IMG/VR virus record: IMGVR_UViG_3300023181_000004
Span: 19,297-83,296 of that record
DNA: 64,000 nt
From: a virus
Direction: 5' to 3' (one strand)
Shown: in pieces, positions 27,348-35,762 of the stretch
Layout: every line of letters starts with the position of its first letter
Numbering within the stretch: position 1 is the stretch's first letter
The notes under the pieces: model-generated
Seen by the model: only the letters and a program-made list of their open reading frames with translations
Told to the model about the DNA's origin: nothing
The model's database searches: none
Program-made: the position numbers and the translations under genes

Positions 27348-27731
27348 ATGATGGATGTTCTAGATAAACCGCCGGGCACCGCCGGGCCTCCGACGCTCCC
27401 GCCCTTCCTACGCAAGCGCGGCGGAGGCGGCCGACCAAAGTGGGTGATCTTGCCGGATCTCATGCTTGCTGAGCAGGCCACGACCCTCTTGGATCGGGAA
27501 CATAACTGGATCACTCTGGCCTATCGCTGGATGATCCGGCTCAATACGGAGACGTGGGAGGGCGAGCGTGCCTTCGTCCACACTCGCGTCTACCGGCAGT
27601 GGCTGGAGACCTACGAGGCCAAGGATGGCCTGCCGCCGCACATCTGCTTCGGCGGTGCCATCGAGGCTCGCGATGCCGATTTAACGTTCTATCCACGGTG
27701 GGTAGAATATGCGAAGGAGACGTTCTGCTAA
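27348..27731 (+). CDS. Hypothetical protein
   Basis: AAGGAG RBS. Confidence 0.6.
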   Translation: MMDVLDKPPGTAGPPTLPPFLRKRGGGGRPKWVILPDLMLAEQATTLLDREHNWITLAYRWMIRLNTETWEGERAFVHTRVYRQWLETYEAKDGLPPHICFGGAIEARDADLTFYPRWVEYAKETFC

Positions 27732-27737
27732 TCGGCA

Positions 27738-27766
27738 TTGACAGGTTCGTTCGGAGTTCCTAGATC
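27738..27766 (+). promoter_or_regulatory. Sigma70-type promoter for the tmRNA locus
   Basis: TTGACA-17 bp-TAGATC immediately upstream of the acceptor piece. Confidence 0.7.
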
Positions 27767-27771
27767 ACGCA

Positions 27772-28038
27772 TCCGGCCTCGGCCGGGCTGCTGGAGAACA
27801 CGCGGGGGGCAGTACCTCGCCGCCTCCACCATAGCCAGTGCCTTGGCACCCCTGCTTTAACGTGACGTCCGAGGGGAGTTGAGGAGCGCACACTGGCTTT
27901 GATGGGGGCGAAATAGGATCGACTCTCCGTGCGGTAGAATGTAAATGCGAATGACAATGGTGAGGCCGTGAGCCTCCGACTGGCAGCGTAACTGCACAGG
28001 GGCCTGACCGAGAGCCTGGCAACATAATCTCGGTCACC
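27772..28038 (+). ncRNA. ssrA: Circularly permuted two-piece tmRNA: acceptor piece ~27772-27831, intervening segment 27832-27903, coding piece 27904-~28038; tag ANDNGEAVSLRLAA*
   Basis: GGCAGTA T-loop followed by CGCCTCC-A-CCA; GGGGGCGAAATAGGATCGAC 5' end; acceptor stem with G3:U70; tag frame 27947-27991; GAGCCTGGCAACA 3' motif. Confidence 0.9.
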
Positions 28039-28042
28039 TTAT

Positions 28043-28123
28043 GGGAGCGTAGCTCAGTTGGTAGAGCATGGCACGTCAAAAGGCTCTGGTCGAAGGTTCG
28101 AGTCCTTCCGCTCCCCGCAACCA
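28043..28123 (+). tRNA. tRNA-like element with intact acceptor, D and T arms but non-pairing anticodon arm (identity undetermined)
   Basis: GGGAGCG/CGCTCCC, GCTC/GAGC, GAAGG-TTCGAGT-CCTTC; anticodon stem TGGCA/AGGCT pairs poorly. Confidence 0.6.
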
Positions 28124-28217
28124 AGTTACCCGGTAGTTTTATAATGGAGGTTTGCATGAAGTGATCAGGTCTGTAGAAGGACCACTCTACCAACCCAAAA
28201 CGAACTGGAACTATAAC

Positions 28218-28871
28218 ATGGCAACTTCCTCCGCCCTCGACGCCGTCATGGATCAGGCCACCGCAGCTGCTGATGCTGCCGCCCCCTCGACCGCGATGAT
28301 CCCGCAGGACCAGAGCACCGCTCTTGCTGCAACCCCCGCCGCTTCGCTCAGCCTCGACGATCTCGCCGACAGCTCGGGCATGGTGGTCGACGCCTATCTC
28401 GGGGTGAAGGACGCGGGCCTTCGGATCGACACCAACGCCTACTTCCAGAAGGCCAAGGGCAAGATCAACATCGCCGAGGTGGCGGTCATCATGTCGGTGC
28501 GGGCGAACCGCGGCGGCTCGACGACCTTCATCAAGTCCTACGACGGTCGCATGACCTCGCAGGGCGAGAACTTCCAGCAGGCGACGCAGCGTCTGCAGGC
28601 GACCCACGACAAGGTCGACGGACCGTACCGCACGGTCGAGGTTCCCTTCCTGCTGGGCGAAGACGTCCCCGGCGCAAAGAAGGGCCAACGTCTCGGCATC
28701 ACCCCGGCGATCACCGGCGTGAAGTTCTGGAACGCGTTCTACGACGAGGTCCGCAAGGCCAACCTCGCCGGCTCGGTCGTCGATGTCGAGATCGAGTGCG
28801 TTCCCCAGCGCAACAAGAACGGCAACGAGTGGGGCGTGGTCGGCTTCAAGCTGATCGGCGCCGCCAAGTAA
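28218..28871 (+). CDS. Hypothetical protein in the replication cluster (possibly ssDNA-binding)
   Basis: Strong codon bias, own terminator, position between helicase and exonuclease; function inferred only. Confidence 0.55.
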   Translation: MATSSALDAVMDQATAAADAAAPSTAMIPQDQSTALAATPAASLSLDDLADSSGMVVDAYLGVKDAGLRIDTNAYFQKAKGKINIAEVAVIMSVRANRGGSTTFIKSYDGRMTSQGENFQQATQRLQATHDKVDGPYRTVEVPFLLGEDVPGAKKGQRLGITPAITGVKFWNAFYDEVRKANLAGSVVDVEIECVPQRNKNGNEWGVVGFKLIGAAK

Positions 28872-28893
28872 GCGACGCTTATCGTTCGACGGG

Positions 28894-28928
28894 AGGGCCG
28901 GGGAGAAAATCCTCGGCCCTTTTCGTTT
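28894..28928 (+). terminator. Intrinsic terminator
   Basis: AGGGCCGGGGA..TCCTCGGCCCT followed by T tract. Confidence 0.75.
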
Positions 28929-28941
28929 CAGGAGATCCGAC

Positions 28942-29106
28942 ATGCGACGCTTCTTTCTCAGCGAATATGACAAGGGCATGGCTTGGGGCGGAGCCGTTGC
29001 GTTTCTCGCGACTCACACCACGTGGGGCGGCTTAGTTGTAGCTCTCGCCATATGGCTAACGACCCGAGTGAGCTTCGCCACCATCAATTGGTTGTTAAAG
29101 AAATGA
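28942..29106 (+). CDS. Small membrane protein (54 aa)
   Basis: AGGAG RBS; ATGA overlap with exonuclease; hydrophobic. Confidence 0.5.
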   Translation: MRRFFLSEYDKGMAWGGAVAFLATHTTWGGLVVALAIWLTTRVSFATINWLLKK

Positions 29107-29873
29107 TCAATCTCTACGACGGCAACAACATCATGCGCCGCGCCTGCGAGCGGAAGTCCTACATGCCCGGCGAGACGCCGATGTCCATGAGGGTTCGCTT
29201 CGAGACGATGTGCGCCGCCACACCCGGCACGGAGATTTGGGTGTGGGATGGCCGCGACCACAACGAGCGGCGCCGCGAGGTCTATCCCCAGTACAAAACC
29301 AACCGCGAGCCGATGGGCGAGGACATCTTCTCGCAGATCCGCCTGTGGCGTGACGTGCTTAAGCACAGTCCCGCCGTCCAGATCGAGGTGCACGGCTGGG
29401 AAGCCGATGACGTGATCGGCACGCTTGTGCGGCGCAAGCCGCACCTGTTCACCGTGCACACCAACGACATGGACTACGGCCAGATCGCGCACATCTGCAC
29501 CCTCAAGGGCGTGAACATGAAGGGCGTGCCCGCGCACCGCGTACCGCTCTACAAGGCGATGGTCGGCGACACGAGCGACAACATCGACGGCATCCCAGGC
29601 TTTGGGCCGGGCCGCTGGCTGGAGATGGAGCCGCACTGGGACGCCATCCAGCGCGCGATCGTCGCGGGGAACGCAGCCGGTTTCGCTGACCTGCCCTTCA
29701 AGCCGAAGGTCAAGGCATGGCTGGCGGAGGACGCGAACATCAAGCTGCTCCAGCAGATGCTGCTCGTCACCCATTTCCAGAACGTCCCCGACGATGAGCT
29801 GAACGGTGGCATCGTGCAGGGCAAGCTCGACTTCACCGCCGGACATAACCTCTTGTCGGAGTTCTTCTTATGA
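29103..29873 (+). CDS. 5'-3' exonuclease / flap endonuclease
   Basis: DGNN, YPQYKTNR, EADDVIG, DMD, GDTSDNIDGIPGFG. Confidence 0.88.
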   Translation: MINLYDGNNIMRRACERKSYMPGETPMSMRVRFETMCAATPGTEIWVWDGRDHNERRREVYPQYKTNREPMGEDIFSQIRLWRDVLKHSPAVQIEVHGWEADDVIGTLVRRKPHLFTVHTNDMDYGQIAHICTLKGVNMKGVPAHRVPLYKAMVGDTSDNIDGIPGFGPGRWLEMEPHWDAIQRAIVAGNAAGFADLPFKPKVKAWLAEDANIKLLQQMLLVTHFQNVPDDELNGGIVQGKLDFTAGHNLLSEFFL

Positions 29874-30040
29874 CCGTCATCATGGCCCGAGCGATCCCCG
29901 TCGAAGCCGAGCATGGTGTGGCAATTGACGCAGCCGGGCGGTTCGCCGCCATCCGCCTTGACGGTCATGTTTATGACCTGCAGGCGTGGCGGTTCGGACG
30001 AGAGCATGCCCTGGACCTGCCCTTCGAGGTGCAGACGTGA
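29870..30040 (+). CDS. Small hypothetical protein
   Basis: ATGA/GTGA overlaps at both ends. Confidence 0.45.
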   Translation: MTVIMARAIPVEAEHGVAIDAAGRFAAIRLDGHVYDLQAWRFGREHALDLPFEVQT

Positions 30041-30258
30041 ACCGCTATGAGATGGCCGTCACCAGCTGCGTGCGGCAGGCCGTAGCGGAGAAGCTCTCCG
30101 CCGAGCAGATCAACACGCCGTTGGTTGAGCAGCTGGCGGTCATCCTTGCTGGTACGGCAGAAGCCACGGGCGCGCGTATCGACGATCTTGTAGAAATCGT
30201 CCGGCATCAGCTGGACCAAAGGGTAGCACATCATGTCAATCAAATCCGTTCTCGTTGA
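30037..30258 (+). CDS. Small hypothetical protein
   Basis: GAGG RBS, GTG start. Confidence 0.45.
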   Translation: MNRYEMAVTSCVRQAVAEKLSAEQINTPLVEQLAVILAGTAEATGARIDDLVEIVRHQLDQRVAHHVNQIRSR

Positions 30259-32851
30259 CAATCGCAACGTCAAGACCGTGCTGCCGGGCATCCTCGCGGA
30301 ACTGGCGGAGGCACGGCTGTATGGTCTCGACTGCGAGACCACCGACGTGGAGACGCGGCACGAGGGGCTGAACGTCTACAACAATGCCACGCGGCTGGTC
30401 TTCGACCACCGCCGCACGACGATGACGGGCTTCTCGACCTACGTCGAAGGCAGCGACACCGCCTATTATTTCAACCTCGCGCACGCGGACGTGGCCAACC
30501 GTCTTCATCCCGCGATCGTGAAGATCGTGCTGGACGCTGTCAGCGACAAGGCGATCGGCGTGGCCCACAACCTGCCGTTCGAGCTGGTCATGTTCAAGCA
30601 GTGCCACGACATCGACCTGCGCAACATGGTCTGCACCCTGCAGATGGCCGTGTCACACCACGGCCCTGACGAATATGACATCGGTGAGTTCTATCGTGCT
30701 GGCCTGCCGAAGGAGTTCCACAAGATCGCCGTGCAGGTCATCAAGGACGAGTGGGCCAACGGCAGCGGCGCTGATCGGGAGCTGCTTGGCAAGTTCATTG
30801 CCAAGGAAAGCAAGGCCGCTCACTCTTACAACGGCTTCACCAAGTCCATTTCGATGGGCTATTCGTTGAAGAACCTGACTAAGAGCCGCTTCAAGGTCGA
30901 GCAGACCACCTTCAAGGAGGTGCTCGGCGACAAGACGCACATGGGTCAACTCACCGGCGACGAGGTGGTCGTGTACGGTGCCGACGACGCCTATTGGGCG
31001 GTGAAGCATTACCGCTGGATGTTCGACGATCTCATCAAGAACAAGCCGCACGTCCTCAAGGCATTCTTCACGCAAGAGAACCCGATGGTCTATCTCTACG
31101 CCGACGCGTGGCGTGAGGGCATCCGGCTCGACCTCGATCAGGTGTTCAAGCGCCGTGACGTCGAGCGTAGCGACATGGCTAAGCTGCTGCGCGCGTTCAA
31201 GGCACGCGTGCGCGCGGCGTTGCCTTTCCCTGCGGAACCGCACCCCGACCTGCTGCGCAAGGAGCTGTCGTGGTATCCCAAGGGCTGGGAGAAGAAGCGC
31301 AAGCAGATCATCGATTGGGCCATGTCGGCCGATAGCGACGATGATTTCACACAGTGCTTTCAGGTCTCGAACCCAATCGGCAACGCGTGGGCCGAAGAAA
31401 AGAAGACCAAGGTGCCGGCGTCCGGCAAGCTCAACATCGTCTATTACCACGCCATGCGCACGATCATGTACGATCTGTTGCGCGTGCCGATGCAGTATGA
31501 CGAGGGCAGCGTCGCGTCCGACAAGGAAGCACGCGGTCGCATCCGTGAGAAACTCGACGGTGAGGTGCCGGACAGTGCCGAGCAGGCTGCAGAGCTGGAG
31601 AACACCAAGCAGATCATGCGTGACCTGCAGTCGATGGCCGATATCGAGCAGCGTGTGAAGCTGTATCTCACGCCGTACACCCAGCTCATGGATCCGGAGA
31701 CCAGTCGTGTATATCCCTCTCTTTCCTCACAACTTGCAACCCGCCGACTGGCTACTTCGTTTCCAAATCCTATGCAGCTTGCCAGATCGGGTGACAGCGC
31801 CTACATTCGATCCTTCTATCTTGGCGACGCCGACGACCATGTCGTTATCTCCGCAGACTGGTCGGCGATCGAGCTTGTCTTGATCGGTGATATGGCCGGC
31901 GGGCAGGGCGGCTTCAAGAAGATCTACGGCCAGCTCCCCTACGGCGATATGCACAGCGGCAGCGCGGTCGATGCGCTCTCGGTAAAGACGCTCGTCGGCC
32001 TCACCGAGGCCGAGTTCAAGGAATTCAAGTTCGGCAACAACCCGAACGGGCGCCCGCTCAAGGACTTCTCGGGCCGCGACCTGACGCCGCAGGACTTCCA
32101 CAAGTGGGCGCGCGGCACCGCGATCGGCAAAGGCATCAACTTCGGCTATTGGTATTCGGGTGCCTGCTCGACGGTCGCGAACAACCTCGGCCTGTCGGAC
32201 ACGGAGCACTGGGAGCTGGTCGATAAATACCGCGAGCGCTTCCCCGACGAGGAGCACTGGCGTGTCGCCTTACAGGACGAGGCCAGCATGAATGGCTTCA
32301 TCACCCTGCCGGACGGGCACCAGCGCAACCGCTTCGAGTGCACCTCGGCGTGGCGGCAGGCGATGCTCCGCAAGTTCTCGGACCTGTCGGCCAGTCCGTA
32401 TCTCGGCGACTATGCCGAGACGGCATGCAAGCGGATCCAAGCCCGCGGTCGCAATCAGGTCGTCAACGCCATGATCCAGGGGACGTGCGCGACGCTCGCC
32501 AAGCGCTCGCTGCTGAACCTGATCAAGACGGCGACCGGACTGCAGTATCGCCTGATGATGCCGATCCACGACGAGCTGGTGTTCAGCGTCCACAAGAGCG
32601 ACGTGATGGCCTTCATCCCGCTGCTGCGCGAGGCGATGCAGAGCCACCACGATATCGTGAAGCACTTCCCGCTGAACTGCACCGTGGCGATGGGCCGAAC
32701 CTTCCGTCCCTTCGACGAGAACAATCCTGCCATGTCGCAGATCGAGCTGGATGAAGCGCAGATCATCCCCGGTATCGTTGACAAAGAACTCAAGGGTTCT
32801 AAACTGTCGGATGATAAAGTCGCTGAACTCTTGGAGTATATGTTCGCATGA
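30233..32851 (+). CDS. Family A DNA polymerase with 3'-5' exonuclease domain
   Basis: DCET, AHNLPFE, YGADDA; ADWSAIEL (motif A), KGINFGYWY (B), NAMIQG, IHDEL (C). Confidence 0.9.
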   Translation: MSIKSVLVDNRNVKTVLPGILAELAEARLYGLDCETTDVETRHEGLNVYNNATRLVFDHRRTTMTGFSTYVEGSDTAYYFNLAHADVANRLHPAIVKIVLDAVSDKAIGVAHNLPFELVMFKQCHDIDLRNMVCTLQMAVSHHGPDEYDIGEFYRAGLPKEFHKIAVQVIKDEWANGSGADRELLGKFIAKESKAAHSYNGFTKSISMGYSLKNLTKSRFKVEQTTFKEVLGDKTHMGQLTGDEVVVYGADDAYWAVKHYRWMFDDLIKNKPHVLKAFFTQENPMVYLYADAWREGIRLDLDQVFKRRDVERSDMAKLLRAFKARVRAALPFPAEPHPDLLRKELSWYPKGWEKKRKQIIDWAMSADSDDDFTQCFQVSNPIGNAWAEEKKTKVPASGKLNIVYYHAMRTIMYDLLRVPMQYDEGSVASDKEARGRIREKLDGEVPDSAEQAAELENTKQIMRDLQSMADIEQRVKLYLTPYTQLMDPETSRVYPSLSSQLATRRLATSFPNPMQLARSGDSAYIRSFYLGDADDHVVISADWSAIELVLIGDMAGGQGGFKKIYGQLPYGDMHSGSAVDALSVKTLVGLTEAEFKEFKFGNNPNGRPLKDFSGRDLTPQDFHKWARGTAIGKGINFGYWYSGACSTVANNLGLSDTEHWELVDKYRERFPDEEHWRVALQDEASMNGFITLPDGHQRNRFECTSAWRQAMLRKFSDLSASPYLGDYAETACKRIQARGRNQVVNAMIQGTCATLAKRSLLNLIKTATGLQYRLMMPIHDELVFSVHKSDVMAFIPLLREAMQSHHDIVKHFPLNCTVAMGRTFRPFDENNPAMSQIELDEAQIIPGIVDKELKGSKLSDDKVAELLEYMFA

Positions 32852-33084
32852 AGATCGTCATCTCTCGTGACACGTTGGGCCGCGCGCTCGGTGTCCTCCT
32901 ACTCACCACCGCCGTGATGCTGCTGGCCTATTTGGCCACGGCGTTCGTCTGGTGGGAACTGAACCCCGGCCTGTGGTCGGCCGGCGCGCGCGGCACCGCG
33001 CTCGGGCTGTCGCTGTTCCTGCTCATCGCGCGCTGGCTGGCAGGCAGCATCACCATCGCCGCGCCGGTGGTCAATGAAGAATGA
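32848..33084 (+). CDS. Small two-TM membrane protein
   Basis: Two hydrophobic helices; ATGA overlap. Confidence 0.6.
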   Translation: MKIVISRDTLGRALGVLLLTTAVMLLAYLATAFVWWELNPGLWSAGARGTALGLSLFLLIARWLAGSITIAAPVVNEE

Positions 33085-33487
33085 CGGCAAGGACGCGGAG
33101 AGCGCGTTCGAGGAGCACTGGACCAAGGTTGGTCACTGCGAGCGCGTGCGCGACGCGCGCGATCTGATGGGCTTGAACGGCGGCAAGCGTGTTGCCGACT
33201 TCAAGAAGCCGTCGGACTTCCTCGTCTCCAGCCGCGTGCATCCGTTGCACTTCGCCGAGGTGAAGTCGACGGTGGATGCGAAGCGGTTCAGCTTCGACAA
33301 GATCCAGTCGGGGCAGGCCAACGCCGCGCAGCGCGAGTATCTGCAAGGCTCGGGCAGCTATATTTTCTACATCTTCTCCTATCCGCTCGGTCGATGGTTC
33401 ATCATGCCTTGTGCGGTCTATGCCCATCAGTTAAAGATGGGCCGCAAATCAATCTCTTTCGAGGAACTTGACCCGTGGATCAAATGA
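33074..33487 (+). CDS. PD-(D/E)xK nuclease, RecU-like Holliday junction resolvase candidate
   Basis: GKDAE..F, PSDF, AEVKST, Q. Confidence 0.65.
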   Translation: MKNDGKDAESAFEEHWTKVGHCERVRDARDLMGLNGGKRVADFKKPSDFLVSSRVHPLHFAEVKSTVDAKRFSFDKIQSGQANAAQREYLQGSGSYIFYIFSYPLGRWFIMPCAVYAHQLKMGRKSISFEELDPWIK

Positions 33488-34047
33488 CGCACATCATGGT
33501 GGACTCCGAGACCACCGACACGACCCCCGACATTGCCGGCGTCATTCAGCTCGCAGGGATCAAGTTCAATCCGGACACCCTCAAGGTCGGTGCCTCGTTC
33601 AATGGTTATCCCATGCTGCTGCCGCGGCGGCGCTGGAGCGAGAGCACCCGGCAGTTCTGGCGCGTCCAGAACCGCGAGGGCTACGCGGAGATCGTGCGGC
33701 AGGCGCAGCCGGCGCGCGAAGTGTTCCAAGCCTTTGCCGATTTCTGCGCGAAGGACGCGCCGTTCGGCGGCTTCGTCTTCGTCGCCAAGCCGGTGAAGTT
33801 CGACTGGCCGATCATCGAGAGCAACATGCTCGATCTCGATATTCCCTTCCCATTTGCCCATCACAAATATCTGGACATGCACAGCTGGATCAGCGGGCTG
33901 CGCGGGCAAGGGCAGCGCACGACGATCGAGGACGAGGTGCCGTTCCCGGTCGGCGGCATGAAGCACAACGCGCTGCACGACTGCGCGTGGCAGGTCGACT
34001 GCATGTTCCATGCGAAGCGCAACCACGTTACCGCGTCGATCGCATGA
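33484..34047 (+). CDS. DEDDh 3'-5' exonuclease
   Basis: IMVDSETT, FDWPII, HNALHDC. Confidence 0.8.
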   Translation: MTHIMVDSETTDTTPDIAGVIQLAGIKFNPDTLKVGASFNGYPMLLPRRRWSESTRQFWRVQNREGYAEIVRQAQPAREVFQAFADFCAKDAPFGGFVFVAKPVKFDWPIIESNMLDLDIPFPFAHHKYLDMHSWISGLRGQGQRTTIEDEVPFPVGGMKHNALHDCAWQVDCMFHAKRNHVTASIA

Positions 34048-34472
34048 GCCGGCTCGCCACTGACGCCCTCGACCTGCTGTGCGGCAAGAAGCTCGGCGAG
34101 GGCGTCTACCGCACGGTGTTCGAGTGCGCGCTGCGCAGCGACTGGGTGGTGAAGCTGGAGATCCACGACGATGCGAAGCGCACCTTCGCCAACGTCCATG
34201 AGTGGTCGTTCTGGGACGAGTACCAAAGCGAGGGCGCCATCACGCGCTGGCTGGCACCGTGCGAGAAGCTGTCGCCAGACGGTCGTATCCTGCTCCAGCA
34301 GCGCTGCGAGCCGATCCCGCTGGACTATCACCTGCCGCAGAAGCTCCCGGCCTTCCTGACGGACGTGAAGCGGTCGAACTTCGGCCTGCTCGATGGCAAA
34401 CTGGTGTGCGTCGACTACGCTTTTGTCGACGTGACGCCGAGCACGCGATTAAAAAACGCACATTGGGCTTGA
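34044..34472 (+). CDS. Minimal protein-kinase-fold protein
   Basis: LGEGVYRTVF (G-loop), VVK, E, DVKRSNFG (catalytic loop), VDY. Confidence 0.65.
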   Translation: MSRLATDALDLLCGKKLGEGVYRTVFECALRSDWVVKLEIHDDAKRTFANVHEWSFWDEYQSEGAITRWLAPCEKLSPDGRILLQQRCEPIPLDYHLPQKLPAFLTDVKRSNFGLLDGKLVCVDYAFVDVTPSTRLKNAHWA

Positions 34473-34530
34473 CCTATATGTTTCTTAAACTATGAAGACC
34501 TCAGCGCACCTCTGCGCAGGAGAAATGAAA

Positions 34531-34704
34531 ATGGCAAAGTCCCCCACCGAGTTCCCCGTTGGCACCAAGGTGTCGTTCCTCGCCGGCCCGACGCGCATCG
34601 CCGTGAGCGGTGCCGAAGTCACCGGCCATGACGGCCAGTTCGTCGTGACCAAGGACGCGGCCGGCAAGGTACGCAAGATCCGCCCCGGCGCCATCACGGC
34701 GTAA
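34531..34704 (+). CDS. Small hypothetical protein
   Basis: AGGAG RBS; strong codon bias. Confidence 0.55.
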   Translation: MAKSPTEFPVGTKVSFLAGPTRIAVSGAEVTGHDGQFVVTKDAAGKVRKIRPGAITA

Positions 34705-34711
34705 TGCTTCA

Positions 34712-34746
34712 TATACGAGTCACAAAGGGCCTTTGTGACTCGTATA
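34712..34746. repeat. 35-bp palindrome (17-bp perfect arms, 1-nt centre)
   Basis: TATACGAGTCACAAAGG-G-CCTTTGTGACTCGTATA. Confidence 0.9.
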
Positions 34747-34760
34747 CGCTACATTCGGAG

Positions 34761-35762
34761 ATGCGCGTGACGTTCAACGACTTCCAGCTCGCCAGTGGCG
34801 CGCGCGTCCACCTGATCGGCGATCCTCACCTCGGCAAGAAGTTCGAGGAGGGGGTGCCGCAGAACCGCCGCGGCGAGCGCGAGAGCCGACAAGCTGCGCA
34901 CTTCGCGAACGAGCTGGAAGCCACCGCCGACGTCATCGTGATGGTCGGTGACCTCTTCGATAATCCCTACGTCAGTGATGCCGTCATCGTTGCCGCCGCG
35001 CGCGCCATTCTCGGCGCCGCAGAGCGCAACCCCGACGTGCTCTACGTCATGATGGCAGGGAACCACGACAAGCCGCGCAACTTGACACTAGTCGGCGCGT
35101 GGCATGCCTTTCGCGAGATGACCCAGCATCGGCTGAGCAATCTCTTCATCCTCGACCGGCCGGCGCACCTCGGCGCTCTGGCCTTTTTTCCTTGGGAGTG
35201 GGACCGCCGTGCGGACGATCAAGTCAATGACCTTGCGGGCGCTGTCGGCGTTGAGCACGCCGTCGGACATTGGGATCTCTCCGTGTTCGACGGAAAGGAC
35301 GACCATCTCGCTCCCGTTGAAGCGCTCCACACCGCGTTTCCACAGCTCTATGGCATGTGGTCGGGCCACTACCACAAGCCGGGCGCCTACCGAGTAGGCG
35401 ACTGCTGGGTCCACTGCACCGGCTCGATGGAGCCATACGCGCACGGCGAGGGCGACCTGTACGTCACGCTGACGCGCGCCGAAGCGTTGCTGGCTACTGA
35501 CCTGCACGACAAGGTCGTGCGCGTGCTGCTGGCCCCCGGCGAGGACATGCCCGAGATCGATTGCCTCGCTCTTACGCACAAGCGCGTTCGCGTGGACGAA
35601 GAAGATGGCGTGCAAAGTACCGTGTCAGTTGACGATTTCGACTTCCATCGGATTGTCCGCGAGCGCATCCATGACCGAGACCCGCGCGTTCGTGGGTTCA
35701 TCGAAGAAAGGATGCATCTCGGTGGTGAAGAACAGCTCGGAAGTGGCAATCAAGCTGTATGA
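34761..35762 (+). CDS. SbcD/Mre11-like nuclease subunit
   Basis: GDPHLG, GDLFD, GNHD, GH, SGHYH; SbcC partner at 38679. Confidence 0.8.
   Translation: MRVTFNDFQLASGARVHLIGDPHLGKKFEEGVPQNRRGERESRQAAHFANELEATADVIVMVGDLFDNPYVSDAVIVAAARAILGAAERNPDVLYVMMAGNHDKPRNLTLVGAWHAFREMTQHRLSNLFILDRPAHLGALAFFPWEWDRRADDQVNDLAGAVGVEHAVGHWDLSVFDGKDDHLAPVEALHTAFPQLYGMWSGHYHKPGAYRVGDCWVHCTGSMEPYAHGEGDLYVTLTRAEALLATDLHDKVVRVLLAPGEDMPEIDCLALTHKRVRVDEEDGVQSTVSVDDFDFHRIVRERIHDRDPRVRGFIEERMHLGGEEQLGSGNQAV

Noticed and set aside
27800-27831. tmRNA 3' end as an attP/att remnant of a prophage
   Set aside because: Both pieces, the intervening hairpin, tag and promoter are present; phage genes flank both sides; no integrase in the window
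28043-28123. Functional opal-suppressor/Sec or Asp tRNA
   Set aside because: Anticodon stem does not pair, no U33, no long variable arm; many genes use TGA as a normal stop
27765-28979. 404-aa minus-strand ORF across the tmRNA locus
   Set aside because: Antisense to a well-supported RNA locus and CDS; no protein motifs
17675-32851. Inteins or introns in nrdJ, helicase or PolA
   Set aside because: Frames are continuous and no Hint or LAGLIDADG motifs were seen
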